Assembly: GCA_017451485.1 (NCBI GenBank)
Contig: JAFTOG010000046.1
Span: 3,630 to 67,629 of the forward strand
From: Clostridia bacterium
Lineage (GTDB): Bacteria > Bacillota > Clostridia > Oscillospirales > CAG-272
Length of the DNA: 64,000 nt
Direction: 5' to 3'
The stretch's first letter is position 1. Every line of letters begins with the position of its first letter. This document shows positions 19,250-29,304 of this stretch, in pieces. The notes beneath the pieces are model-generated. The model made no database searches, was not told the origin of the DNA, and worked only from the letters and a program-made list of their open reading frames with translations. Both the position numbers and the translations under genes were made by a program.

Positions 19250-20560
19250 TTACTCATCCTTTTTTTCTTCAAGCAGCTTTACCTCAGCTTTATTGCTTCC
19301 GGCAGTGATTTCATCAAGGCTTTTTGACTTTGTGTGTACAATGGGCTTCCACTCATTTTTAGCAAAGAGTGCAGCCATTGTTACAGGAACATAGCTTATC
19401 ATAAATATAGGGAATGTAAATACATACAATATCTTTTTGAAAACCGAGCAATGAATATTTTTCCATTCCGTAACGGTGGTTATAGCACCCAGTACAAACA
19501 TAAGTGCATACATTCCTGCCACAGTCTCGGCAAAGGAAATGAGGAGAGGTACTATGTTTTCACCCATTATAGCCAATGTAACACCTGCTATAAAGTTAAT
19601 AACCACAGAGAGAATGCTCAGCACGAGTGCAGGAAGGATAGTACAGGACATATCAAAGCATGAGGTGCATTTCTTTGAAAAAATACCACGCACAAGCTTA
19701 AGTCCGAATTTTCCCATTACCTGTATGTAGCCCCTTGCCCAACGCATTCTTTGGTGGCAGGACTGGGAAAACTTTGTAGGCTGCTCATCGTATATAACGG
19801 CATCATCGGCATAGCCTATCTTTCTGCCCTTTAAAACATTGTAGTTGGTAAATTCGATATCCTCGGTAAGAAGAAAGAATTTCCATCCACCTGTTTCACG
19901 CATGATTGCGGAATCGAATATAAAACCTGTACCGGAAACGGCAGCAGTAGTATGACAACGCATACGGCATCTGTTAAGATACTGGGATTCACGGAGGAAC
20001 CAAAGTGCATATCCTGCACTTACCCAGTTATCACCGTAGTTTTTGGAGTTGCGATAGCAGGTAACAACTGGATATTTGTCGGAAAACACCTTGTTCATTT
20101 CCTCAAAGAACTTAGGGTCAACCACATTGTCCGCATCAAATATAGCATAAGCGTCAAAGTATGTATCACCGTATTTTTCAACTACCCTGTCATAAAGGAA
20201 TTCCATGGCGTAGCCCTTACCGACCCTTTCGGTATTGAATCTCTCATAAACTTCAGCTCCCGCAGCTCTTGCAATCTCTGCAGTTTTATCGTTGCAGTTA
20301 TCAGCTACCACAAAGATGTTAATATGCTCAGGACTGTATGTCTGTGCCTTAAGGCTATCTATTAGATTCTTTATAACAATTTCTTCATTACGGGCAGAAA
20401 TAAGTATGCCGTATCGTCTTAAGGGCTTTTCGCTGTGCTTTGCTTTTCTTATAAATATGGGAACCAAAATAAAAAGTATCTGGTATGCATAAAATGCCAT
20501 GAATAGTATACCGATAACCTTGTTGGCAGTGCCGACACTGCTCCAAATAATATCAGCCAT
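19250..20560 (-). CDS. Membrane GT2 glycosyltransferase with processive-type motifs
   Basis: ADNCND, FDADN, TED and QRMRW (QxxRW) motifs; N- and C-terminal TM helices. Start MADII follows GGAGG. Confidence 0.9.
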   Translation of the reverse strand: MADIIWSSVGTANKVIGILFMAFYAYQILFILVPIFIRKAKHSEKPLRRYGILISARNEEIVIKNLIDSLKAQTYSPEHINIFVVADNCNDKTAEIARAAGAEVYERFNTERVGKGYAMEFLYDRVVEKYGDTYFDAYAIFDADNVVDPKFFEEMNKVFSDKYPVVTCYRNSKNYGDNWVSAGYALWFLRESQYLNRCRMRCHTTAAVSGTGFIFDSAIMRETGGWKFFLLTEDIEFTNYNVLKGRKIGYADDAVIYDEQPTKFSQSCHQRMRWARGYIQVMGKFGLKLVRGIFSKKCTSCFDMSCTILPALVLSILSVVINFIAGVTLAIMGENIVPLLISFAETVAGMYALMFVLGAITTVTEWKNIHCSVFKKILYVFTFPIFMISYVPVTMAALFAKNEWKPIVHTKSKSLDEITAGSNKAEVKLLEEKKDE

Positions 20561-20680
20561 TTTTATCCTCCATGCGAAAACTCGCATTAATCTAAATAAA
20601 TTGTTCGCAACCGAAACGATAGAAGGTCAGATGTACAATTAAAATACGGTTGCTTATATATAATTCTTTATATTAATTAA

Positions 20681-20709
20681 ATTATACTACAATTTTAATT
20701 GCAAGTCAA
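20681..20709 (-). promoter_or_regulatory. Sigma-A promoter of GT2
   Basis: TTGACT-17-TATAAT on the minus strand. Confidence 0.75.
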
Positions 20710-20821
20710 TAAAAATAAATTTTTTTTAAGGGCTGAAGGGTTTTTTATCAAAAAATACAATATTTTGTCTTTTGAGCATATTTTTATAGTGTATAATTGC
20801 CAATTATTTTCGTCAAAGGTA

Positions 20822-20850
20822 TTGACTTTTACTTCGTAAAAATATATACT
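20822..20850 (+). promoter_or_regulatory. Sigma-A promoter of the GH-A paralog pair
   Basis: TTGACT-17-TATACT; the spacer contains the dyad ttttac-ttc-gtaaaa. Confidence 0.65.
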
Positions 20851-20908
20851 TCATAGTAGGTTGGTTTATTTTGATAGTAAAATTAACGAGAATAAGGAGA
20901 GTAAAAAA

Positions 20909-22837
20909 ATGAACAGTACCCCACAAAAGATCCGTGTAACAGAGGATATGATCATTAATGATATGGGCATTGAAAAAGTGTCAAATTTCTTTTGTGAATT
21001 TGATAACGATGGAGACCCCCTTTATGGCGTTATTGGCGAAAATCCGAAGATTCACCGTAGATTTGACCACTGGTGGATTGGCGAAACAGATCTTTCATTC
21101 ACAGTAGAGCTTGACGGAATATATAAGATTACAGATATTTTCCTTTACAATGAATTTGGTTCTCATCCGGCAAAGGTAAGGATGGGTACACCATTTTCCT
21201 GGGAGTTTGATAAGGATTTTACTCCCGAAATGCAGAAATGGTGTGGATTTAAGGCAGAAGCTGAAACACAGTACATTAATTTTACATTCAACAACAACAA
21301 CGCACCAAGCGAGATTATTATTTACGGCTACAAGGTAAAGGATGTTGAAAAAATCATACCGGAAAGAAAGCCTCACGGAAAAACCAATATGGATGGCTTT
21401 GTGGGTATGAACGCTTTTATCAATGACGGAGATGATATCTGCCGTGCAGTAAATTATATTCGTGAGTATCATCCATGGACCTGGACCTGCCGTCCTAATA
21501 TGGAGAACACTACGATCTCATTTAACCCCGGATATGCAAATGGCTGGGATTTTGAGGAATTTTACCGTAAGCATTCCGAGCATGGAATAGACATTTGTCC
21601 TACAATTTCCAGTCACCGTTCCAGAGGACCTAAGGATAACACCTGTGATTCCAAGGATCCTAAAAACTATATGAGCTTTGCAACTATGCTTTTCCAGTTT
21701 GTTGCAAGATTCGGTCACAATAAGGATATAGACCCTGCTCTTATCCAGGTTGACCCCGGTCAGACACCTAAGATAGGTTTAGGGTATCTTTCCTCCGTTG
21801 AGCCTCTTAATGAGCCTGACGGAACATGGCTTGGCAGAGAGCCTTACTTTTCCCCCTTTGAGCTTGCTGCATTCCTAAGTATGTGCTATGACGGACATGA
21901 GGGCATGTACAAAAATGTAGGTGTAAAGCAGGCAGACCCCAATTTCAAGATGTCAATGTCAGGTGGTGCGGGACTTAATCTTAACTACCTCCGTGCTATG
22001 GAATTCTGGGCAAAATATAACCGTAAGGACGGAAAGCTTCCCTTTGATGTTATCAATGCACATAGATATTGTGGTAAGAGCAAGGATAAGAAGGGTCTTA
22101 CAAACTATGTAAATGTTAACACAGACGAGCGTGGAGATACAAGCGATAAGGTATATGTAGGTGTCAGCCCCGAGGAGGGTAATATTGTAGGTTCCTTTGA
22201 TCCTATAAGAAACTGGCGTGACAGATATCACCCTGAGCTGGAAATCTGGCTTACAGAATTCGGCTGGGATACAAACCAGGATTACAGAACAGCTACATCT
22301 GCCCATGCGTATGCAGAATATACAGGCAGACAGGTTCAGGCTATGTGGCTCGTGCGTGAATATTTGCTCCTCAGCTCTATAGGCATTGAGAAGGCTGCTA
22401 TGTATATGTCCCGTGACTGTGGCCCCGAGGAAACAGCAGTAGGTAAGTACGGCTCCAGTGGACTTGTACGTTTCCCCATTGAAATCAATCCCGGAAATGT
22501 AATTCAGGGTAATAAGAAGGACTCCTTCTACTATGTATATACCCTTAAGGAAACGTTGGGAGATACTGTTTTCGATTGTGAGCTTGAGGCTCCTAACGAG
22601 AATGTAAAAATATTCAAGTACCTTACAAAGGAAGGTAAGGCAAAATATGCAATTTGGTGCACTACCTCCGACGGAACCAAGGTTCCCGGTATGAAGTTTA
22701 GAATACCGGAGGGCGAGTATAAGCTTGTTGAAATGGTATTTGAGTCCGTACTCGGAAAGCAGTCCGATCTTGAATATAAGGACGGATATGTGGTTGTAAA
22801 TGTGTCTGAAAATCCTATATTTGTTGTAGAGAAATAA
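20909..22837 (+). CDS. Uncharacterised clan GH-A-like glycoside hydrolase, paralog 1 (no signal peptide)
   Basis: Acid/base-like EPLNEPDG, FDVINAHRY, nucleophile-like WLTEFGWD; N-terminal beta-sandwich-like domain. ATG follows AAGGAG. Confidence 0.72.
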   Translation: MNSTPQKIRVTEDMIINDMGIEKVSNFFCEFDNDGDPLYGVIGENPKIHRRFDHWWIGETDLSFTVELDGIYKITDIFLYNEFGSHPAKVRMGTPFSWEFDKDFTPEMQKWCGFKAEAETQYINFTFNNNNAPSEIIIYGYKVKDVEKIIPERKPHGKTNMDGFVGMNAFINDGDDICRAVNYIREYHPWTWTCRPNMENTTISFNPGYANGWDFEEFYRKHSEHGIDICPTISSHRSRGPKDNTCDSKDPKNYMSFATMLFQFVARFGHNKDIDPALIQVDPGQTPKIGLGYLSSVEPLNEPDGTWLGREPYFSPFELAAFLSMCYDGHEGMYKNVGVKQADPNFKMSMSGGAGLNLNYLRAMEFWAKYNRKDGKLPFDVINAHRYCGKSKDKKGLTNYVNVNTDERGDTSDKVYVGVSPEEGNIVGSFDPIRNWRDRYHPELEIWLTEFGWDTNQDYRTATSAHAYAEYTGRQVQAMWLVREYLLLSSIGIEKAAMYMSRDCGPEETAVGKYGSSGLVRFPIEINPGNVIQGNKKDSFYYVYTLKETLGDTVFDCELEAPNENVKIFKYLTKEGKAKYAIWCTTSDGTKVPGMKFRIPEGEYKLVEMVFESVLGKQSDLEYKDGYVVVNVSENPIFVVEK

Positions 22838-22896
22838 TAAAATGAGGCTTCGATCGTTGTCTGACCGAGGCCTCTTTTAGAAAAAAGGAGTTAGCT

Positions 22897-24828
22897 ATGA
22901 ATAATAAAATTCAGAAAATCAAAATAACCCCCGAAATGATTATAAATGATATGGGTCTTGAATGTCCTGCCAATTTCTTTTGTGAATTTGATTTGGTGGG
23001 TGACCCTCTGCACGGTATAGAGGGAGAAGCACCTAAGGTACACCCCCGACACGATACATGGTGGATAGGTGAGACAGACCTTTCCTTTACTGTTGAGCTT
23101 GACGGGATTTATAAGATAACAAATATTTATTTTTACAATAATACTGGCAACCATAAGGCTGCTGTAAAAATGGGTACTCCCTTTACATGGGAATACAACG
23201 AGATATTCATACAGGAATTTCAAAAATGGACAGGCTTTGAAGTAAATTTTGATACACGGTATATAAATTTCACATTCAATAACAACGATGCTCCAAGTGA
23301 GATTATTGTCTACGGATATAAGCTTGAAGAAATTAACGAGCCAATTCCCGAGCCTGCAAAGAGGGAAAGAATCAAGCTGGATAAATTCGTGGGAATGAAT
23401 GGATTTGTAAACGATGCTGATGATATTTCAAGAGCATGTACTTATATAAGGGAATATCATCCATGGACCTGGACCTGTACTCCAAACGGTGTCGACACAG
23501 CTTTGTCCCCCAACCCCAGCACAAATCTCAGATGGGACTTTGACGACTTTTACAAAAGACGCCACAGCTTTGGAATAGATGTATGTGCTACCATTACGGT
23601 AGGAAGGGATGCAAGCCCTAAGGATGAGGGAGTAAGCGATACTACTAAGCCTGAGGCGTATATGTCCTATGCATCTGCCCTTTTCCAATATGTAGCAAGA
23701 TACGGTCACAATAAAAACATAGACCCCGATGTAATTAAGGTGGTCGAGGGTCAGGAAAAAAAGATAGGCCTTGGATATATGTCATATGTAGAGCCACTCA
23801 ATGAGCCAAACGGCACATGGATGGGAAGAAATCTTTTCTACTCCCCCTTTGAGCTGGCAGCGTGTATGAGTATGTGCTATGATGGACACGAGGGAAAGTT
23901 CAAAAATGTAGGTGTAAAGCAGGCAGACCCGAGCTTCAAGATGTCTATGTCGGGACTTGCAGGTGTAAATTATAATTACCTAAGGGCTATGTCCTTCTGG
24001 GCAAAATACAACAGAAAAGACGGTAAGCTTCCATTTGATGCAATCAATATGCATCACTACTGTGGAAAGAGTATAAACAAATCGGGAATTACAAAAAATG
24101 TGGATGTAAATCTCGATGAACGAGGTGATACTCAGGAGAAGGTATATGTTGGTATAAGTGCAGAGGAGGGCGATATCGTCGGCGTTCTTAAGAAAATTAA
24201 GGACTGGCGTGACAGATATGCTCCTCACCTTGAATACTGGCTTACAGAGTTTGGCTGGGATACCAATCAGGATTACAGAACATCAACCTCATCCCATGCA
24301 TACGGAGAGTACACAGGCAGACAGGTTCAGGCTATGTGGCTCGTACGTGAATATCTTATGCTATCATCGGCGGGAATCGACAGAGGAGCTATGTATATGT
24401 CCCGTGACTGTGGTCCCGAGGAAACATCCGTTGGTAAATATGCTACAAGTGGACTTGTACGCTTCCCTATTGAATTAGGTGCTAAGGTGGTTGTTCAGGG
24501 TAATAAAAAGGATTCCTTCTATTATGTGTACACATTAAAGGAAATTATAAGTGATACCTACTTTGACGGTGAGCTTGAATCGGAAAATACAAATGTAAAA
24601 ATTTTTAAGTATATAACCGATGAGGGCAAATCTAAGTATGCTTTATGGTGCCCTACTGCTGACGGAACAAAGGTTCCCGGATACAGGTTCCGTATTCCCG
24701 AGGGCGAATACACTCTTATGAAATTTGTAAATGAATCCTATAACGGAAAGAGATCCGAGCTTGAATATAAGGACGGATATGTAACCGTTGATATATCGGA
24801 AAATCCGATTTTTGTAATTGAAAAATAA
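22897..24828 (+). CDS. Uncharacterised clan GH-A-like glycoside hydrolase, paralog 2
   Basis: Colinear with paralog 1 over its full length; EPLNEPNG and WLTEFGWD. Confidence 0.72.
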   Translation: MNNKIQKIKITPEMIINDMGLECPANFFCEFDLVGDPLHGIEGEAPKVHPRHDTWWIGETDLSFTVELDGIYKITNIYFYNNTGNHKAAVKMGTPFTWEYNEIFIQEFQKWTGFEVNFDTRYINFTFNNNDAPSEIIVYGYKLEEINEPIPEPAKRERIKLDKFVGMNGFVNDADDISRACTYIREYHPWTWTCTPNGVDTALSPNPSTNLRWDFDDFYKRRHSFGIDVCATITVGRDASPKDEGVSDTTKPEAYMSYASALFQYVARYGHNKNIDPDVIKVVEGQEKKIGLGYMSYVEPLNEPNGTWMGRNLFYSPFELAACMSMCYDGHEGKFKNVGVKQADPSFKMSMSGLAGVNYNYLRAMSFWAKYNRKDGKLPFDAINMHHYCGKSINKSGITKNVDVNLDERGDTQEKVYVGISAEEGDIVGVLKKIKDWRDRYAPHLEYWLTEFGWDTNQDYRTSTSSHAYGEYTGRQVQAMWLVREYLMLSSAGIDRGAMYMSRDCGPEETSVGKYATSGLVRFPIELGAKVVVQGNKKDSFYYVYTLKEIISDTYFDGELESENTNVKIFKYITDEGKSKYALWCPTADGTKVPGYRFRIPEGEYTLMKFVNESYNGKRSELEYKDGYVTVDISENPIFVIEK

Positions 24829-24840
24829 GCTTTGAATACA

Positions 24841-24925
24841 AAAAACATCTCCTGTAGGTTTTGTGGGAGATGTTTTTTTGTTGCTTAAAAAAAGATAGCG
24901 TCTCCCATTTGTGTGAGACGCTATC
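24841..24925. terminator. Two adjacent terminator hairpins between convergent GH genes
   Basis: aaaaacatctcc...ggagatgttttt (24841-24879) and gatagcgtctc...gagacgctatc (24894-24925). Confidence 0.8.
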
Positions 24926-24940
24926 GGATTTTATAATCAA

Positions 24941-27418
24941 TTACTGAGCTGAAGTAGCGGGATTCAAAGCATTTACAAATGCTGTTTCGCCAACCATTAC
25001 ATATACGGGGTTCTCGGATACATTAATGGTAACTACCTTTTCAGTAGCTGTAAGCTCTGTCTTAGCACCGTTGATTTCGCCATACTTGTTTTCAACAAGA
25101 GTAGCCTTGTCAGCGTTTATGTAAAGCTTAAAGTTTTCAACCTTTGTTCCGTCAGATGTAGGACACCAAACTGCGTAACCGTAGTTACCGTCAGCATCAG
25201 CATACTGATAAATCCATACATCAGGTCTGCCGGAATCGATTTCCTGTACGAATGTGAAATCATAAAGTGTATTTCTGAGAGTGTACATATAATAGTAGGA
25301 ATCCTTAGGTGTTCCGTTTACATCATATACACCGCATGTACCGTACTGTACATTAGATGTTGTGTCCTCACCTGTACCGTCCTCGCACATGTACATTGTA
25401 GCCTTGTCAACGCCTGCAGCAGACATCATAAGGTATGCTCTTGTGAGCCACATAGCCTGAACCTGTCTTGCTGTGTACTCGCCGTATGCGTGGCAAGCTG
25501 TCTTTGTTGTATAGCTTGTTGCTGTATCCCAACCAAACTCTGTGAGCCATACTTCCTTATCGGGATAGTACTTGTTACGGAGCTCAATAAGGGGAGTAAG
25601 ATCGCCAATCAAATCAAATTCCTCGGGAGAAACGCCCATAAGAATCTGCTGACCGTTGATATCAAATTCCTTGCAGAAATAAGAGTGAACGTTGAATGCA
25701 TCCATAGCAACGGCACCGTCAGCACGGTTAGCCTTCATCCAGTATACCATTGCGGAAACATAACGGGAGCCAACACCTGCAAGACCTGCCATAGCAACCT
25801 TCATTGTGGGGTCTGCATTCTTTGCACCGAAGTGATTGGATGCACCGTTTACATCAATCATTGTGTTGCAATGTCCATCGTAGCCTGCGGATGTAAGAGC
25901 TGCGAGCTGATAGGGGGTAAATCCATCATTACCCTCACCGTTAGGCTCATTTCCAAGCTCAAGCCACTCGATGTAGCCCATACCCATGCTACCCTCGGAA
26001 ACAGGTCTTCTTACATGAACCTTCATTACTTCAAGAAGCTCGGGAGATTTTGTCCTACCGTAGCGAGCTGCAAAAGCGAACATATTGTCAGCGTACATTT
26101 CGTATACAGCTGCTGAATATTTTTCCTGCTCGGTTGCATCTCTTCTGGAAATTGTACCGTCAGCATTTTTTGTAAATACAGAGCCAACAGGAATAGACTG
26201 CCACTGGATACATGGAACTACATTGATGCCTGCTTTGGAGTATGTAGAGTATTTAATGTCAAAGTTACCCATACCACCGTTAAAGCCATTTGCAGTCTTG
26301 GGGTAGAATTCCATGTTATATGACCAACCCATATTGTGGTACTCACGAAGAACTGTAGCACAGGATACCTGTTTTATGGATGTATTACCGCTACCGTCGG
26401 CTACAAATCCACAAATACCCATAAGCTCACCCATTGTGGGGAGAGGATGTATTTCAGTTGTCGGAGGATGATCACTTTCACCACTCTGGTAACCGAATAC
26501 CATTATTTCAACAGGAGCACTTCCGTCATAGAAGATAACCTGAACATACTCAGCGTTCAATCCAACATCAAATGTGTACCATGTTTTGGGCTGGAAGTCC
26601 TCAGCCTCAAATACCATAACCTTATCCCAAGCAGAGTCAGCGGACTGGAAGTCCTCAGCTGTGTCGGAAACGCGGATTACAATATCGCTTTTCGGAACAA
26701 CATTGATGTAGAAGGAAACCTTGCTTACATATGTAAGGTATTCAAGGTCAATAATGGGAGAGAGTTTTCTCGGCTCGCCGTTGTTGTTTGCATTATCATC
26801 ACTCTCTGAGTAAAGCTTGCCTATCTCAGATACGGGACGAAGAAGACTGCCGGGAACCTTGGAAGGATCCTGCTCATCAAAGAGGGGACCGAAATTTCTG
26901 AAAGATTCACCGTGGTGAACCGTAATAGCGTTTACAATGGCATTGTAGTCAATAGGCAAAAGCTCATTACCACCTACACGTATGGTAGCAATATCACCGT
27001 ATACTGTTTCTCCCGATGATTTTGTAACATAAGGCTTAACAGCAACATAGTATGCCTTGTCGATAGTAGCGGAGAAGTTTCTGATAATAAGTGTCTTACC
27101 AACTCCGTCACCGGAAATTTCAAAGGTTGCTTTAGTAGCAGAATCAAAATTCGCCTCTGTAATTTCACTTTCACTGTATCTTACATCGAAGCTACAGGTT
27201 GAGTAGGGTGCGTTAAATTTAAGCGTAACACCCGTTCCGCCTTCAACTCCGCCCACAACTCGAATGTAGTTTACTGCTACGGGTGTGTTGGGGTTGACAG
27301 TTACTGTCGGACCGGGAACTGTTGTTTCCGTACCTCCATCGCATGAGCAGGATGTAAGAGATAGGGCGATAACAACGAGAATTGCCGCAATTAACGCAAG
27401 AAGTATGTTCCTTTTCAT
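24941..27418 (-). CDS. Lipoprotein clan GH-A-like glycoside hydrolase, paralog 3 (extra FN3-like N-terminal domain)
   Basis: Signal peptide with lipobox LTSC; REYH, ELGNEPNG, WLTEFGWD, HAYGEYTARQVQAMWL shared with paralogs 1 and 2. Confidence 0.72.
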   Translation of the reverse strand: MKRNILLALIAAILVVIALSLTSCSCDGGTETTVPGPTVTVNPNTPVAVNYIRVVGGVEGGTGVTLKFNAPYSTCSFDVRYSESEITEANFDSATKATFEISGDGVGKTLIIRNFSATIDKAYYVAVKPYVTKSSGETVYGDIATIRVGGNELLPIDYNAIVNAITVHHGESFRNFGPLFDEQDPSKVPGSLLRPVSEIGKLYSESDDNANNNGEPRKLSPIIDLEYLTYVSKVSFYINVVPKSDIVIRVSDTAEDFQSADSAWDKVMVFEAEDFQPKTWYTFDVGLNAEYVQVIFYDGSAPVEIMVFGYQSGESDHPPTTEIHPLPTMGELMGICGFVADGSGNTSIKQVSCATVLREYHNMGWSYNMEFYPKTANGFNGGMGNFDIKYSTYSKAGINVVPCIQWQSIPVGSVFTKNADGTISRRDATEQEKYSAAVYEMYADNMFAFAARYGRTKSPELLEVMKVHVRRPVSEGSMGMGYIEWLELGNEPNGEGNDGFTPYQLAALTSAGYDGHCNTMIDVNGASNHFGAKNADPTMKVAMAGLAGVGSRYVSAMVYWMKANRADGAVAMDAFNVHSYFCKEFDINGQQILMGVSPEEFDLIGDLTPLIELRNKYYPDKEVWLTEFGWDTATSYTTKTACHAYGEYTARQVQAMWLTRAYLMMSAAGVDKATMYMCEDGTGEDTTSNVQYGTCGVYDVNGTPKDSYYYMYTLRNTLYDFTFVQEIDSGRPDVWIYQYADADGNYGYAVWCPTSDGTKVENFKLYINADKATLVENKYGEINGAKTELTATEKVVTINVSENPVYVMVGETAFVNALNPATSAQ

Positions 27419-27569
27419 AATGTTTTCCTCCAATTTGGACCTGTTTAGGTTTGTACCATATATTTATAATACAATTTTTTAGTAGGTTTGTCAATACTTT
27501 TATATATTTTTACCAAAAAAACAGTTGGAGAAAAAACAAAATTGGTTAATAACACGCAAATGCTTTGGA

Positions 27570-28283
27570 TCAGGGATTTTCAATTGGTGGAGTGTCAGGA
27601 GTCCCACTTCCCGCTTGTGGAGTACTGTCATTCTCTTCGGGGGTCGGACTTTCTGCCTGCGGAGTAGTGTCATTATCTTCCGGAGTCTCATTTTGTGATG
27701 GAGGTGTCACATCATCTCCTGTACCATCATTCGTTTCCGGAGCCGGAGTGATAGGAGGATTATATAAGGATTGAAAGCAATCTATCCTGAATCTTGTGTC
27801 ATACCTTACTCCGAGGATATGAATAAATCTCAAAGAAGCGTATGTGTATTCGGACAGAGGCTTATCAAGTGCGTCATTCGTATTGGCACAGATGTATATT
27901 TCACCGTTTTCGATTTTACTTACCAGTAATGTATGATAAAAATCACCCGTGTCATCTGCCAGCTGTACAACATCTCCTATCTCCACGAGGGAAGTGTCCA
28001 CCTCAGTACCGAAGGGGCCTACATCTGTGTTTGATGTTATAAAATTGTAAAAAAATTCCACACCGGACCATGAGGGGCTTCGCCTATTAAGTGAAAGATA
28101 ATACCAGCCAAACACAGGAGTGAAATTCATAACACAGCTTCCCGCCAATACGCACTGTGACACAAAGTTTGTACAATTTCCACCGATGCCCTCAAAGGTT
28201 GTAAAGAGTGGATTCCTTACAAAAGCATATTTTCTTGCGTAAAGGACAGCGTTTTCCCTCACATATTCCTTTTCAAGTATCAT
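27570..28283 (-). CDS. Amidase_6-like (putative amidase) domain protein with a Pro/Thr/acidic tail
   Basis: AVLYARKYA...GGNCTNFVSQC...GDVVQL...FYHT; tail contains the imperfect repeat PE.ND.TPQA.S twice. Confidence 0.8.
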   Translation of the reverse strand: MILEKEYVRENAVLYARKYAFVRNPLFTTFEGIGGNCTNFVSQCVLAGSCVMNFTPVFGWYYLSLNRRSPSWSGVEFFYNFITSNTDVGPFGTEVDTSLVEIGDVVQLADDTGDFYHTLLVSKIENGEIYICANTNDALDKPLSEYTYASLRFIHILGVRYDTRFRIDCFQSLYNPPITPAPETNDGTGDDVTPPSQNETPEDNDTTPQAESPTPEENDSTPQAGSGTPDTPPIENP

Positions 28284-28329
28284 AAAATCACCTTCCTCAC
28301 AATAATCTTATGCAAAGGAGGTGAGGAAT

Positions 28330-29304
28330 GTGCTATCGGAGCAGATTTTGGAAACGGCACAAAATATAATTGCTGTAGGTCTTGCCTTGGGAGTAGTGGT
28401 AGTAAACGGATTTACGGATGCTCCAAGCACAATATCGGGTGTTGTATCATCCGGTGTATGGTCAAAAGGCACAGCAAGTATTATTTGCGGTATTTTTAAT
28501 CTGCTGGGAGTAATGGTTTTTTTCTCTGTAAGTGGAAAAGTGGCAGATAGTGTATTTAATTCGGTAGATTTCGGTAATTATGGTACAGAAGCCATATGTG
28601 CCAGCCTGTGTGGGGTCATTATATTTTCTCTTGTGTCATGGATATTTTCAATGCCCTCGAGTGAAAGCCATGCCCTTCTTTCCTGTATGTTCGGTGCGTC
28701 GATGATGGCTGCAGATGATCAGGTTGTGTTTTCCTTTATTCTTATGGTTCTATATATGATTTTTTCTTGCATTTTTTCTGTAGTATTTGCTTTTGCATTC
28801 GGCAAAATTTTTAGAAAAAGCAGTGAGGAGTGTATAAAATATGAAAAAATAAGCTGTATTCTTGCTTCCTTTATGCACGGTGGACAGGATGGGCAGAAAT
28901 TTATCGGATTGCTGTTGTTTCTTACAGTGGGCATGGGCACAAAGCATTACCTCTCTGCTCTTTTCCTTTGCATTGCAGTGGCAATATTCATGCTACTCGG
29001 TACTCTTATGTGCGATAAGAAAATAATAGCTTCTCTCGGCGACGGAATAGTAAAAAATGATAAACGAATAGCATTTTTGTCTGATTTTTCGTCAACCGTT
29101 TGTATTTTTCTTTGCTCATTATTAGGTTTTTCGGTAAGTACGGGAAATATAAAAGCCTGCTCTCTTGTAGGAGCAGGCTTATGTGAAAATGAAAAAATTA
29201 ATTACCGTACATTAAAGCATATAGGAATTGTATCAGTTATAACCTTTCCTGTATGTATAAGCTTGGGATATTTATTGACAGGATTGTTTATTCTGTTATT
29301 TTGA
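28330..29304 (+). CDS. PiT-family inorganic phosphate transporter
   Basis: VNGFTDAP, PSSESHAL, HGGQDGQK signatures; multiple TM helices. Start could be 28321 or 28330. Confidence 0.85.
   Translation: MLSEQILETAQNIIAVGLALGVVVVNGFTDAPSTISGVVSSGVWSKGTASIICGIFNLLGVMVFFSVSGKVADSVFNSVDFGNYGTEAICASLCGVIIFSLVSWIFSMPSSESHALLSCMFGASMMAADDQVVFSFILMVLYMIFSCIFSVVFAFAFGKIFRKSSEECIKYEKISCILASFMHGGQDGQKFIGLLLFLTVGMGTKHYLSALFLCIAVAIFMLLGTLMCDKKIIASLGDGIVKNDKRIAFLSDFSSTVCIFLCSLLGFSVSTGNIKACSLVGAGLCENEKINYRTLKHIGIVSVITFPVCISLGYLLTGLFILLF

Noticed and set aside
20909-24828. Diversity-generating retroelement TR/VR pair suggested by identical DNA stretches
   Set aside because: Similarity spans whole paralogous genes, differences are not adenine-specific, and there is no reverse transcriptase in the window.
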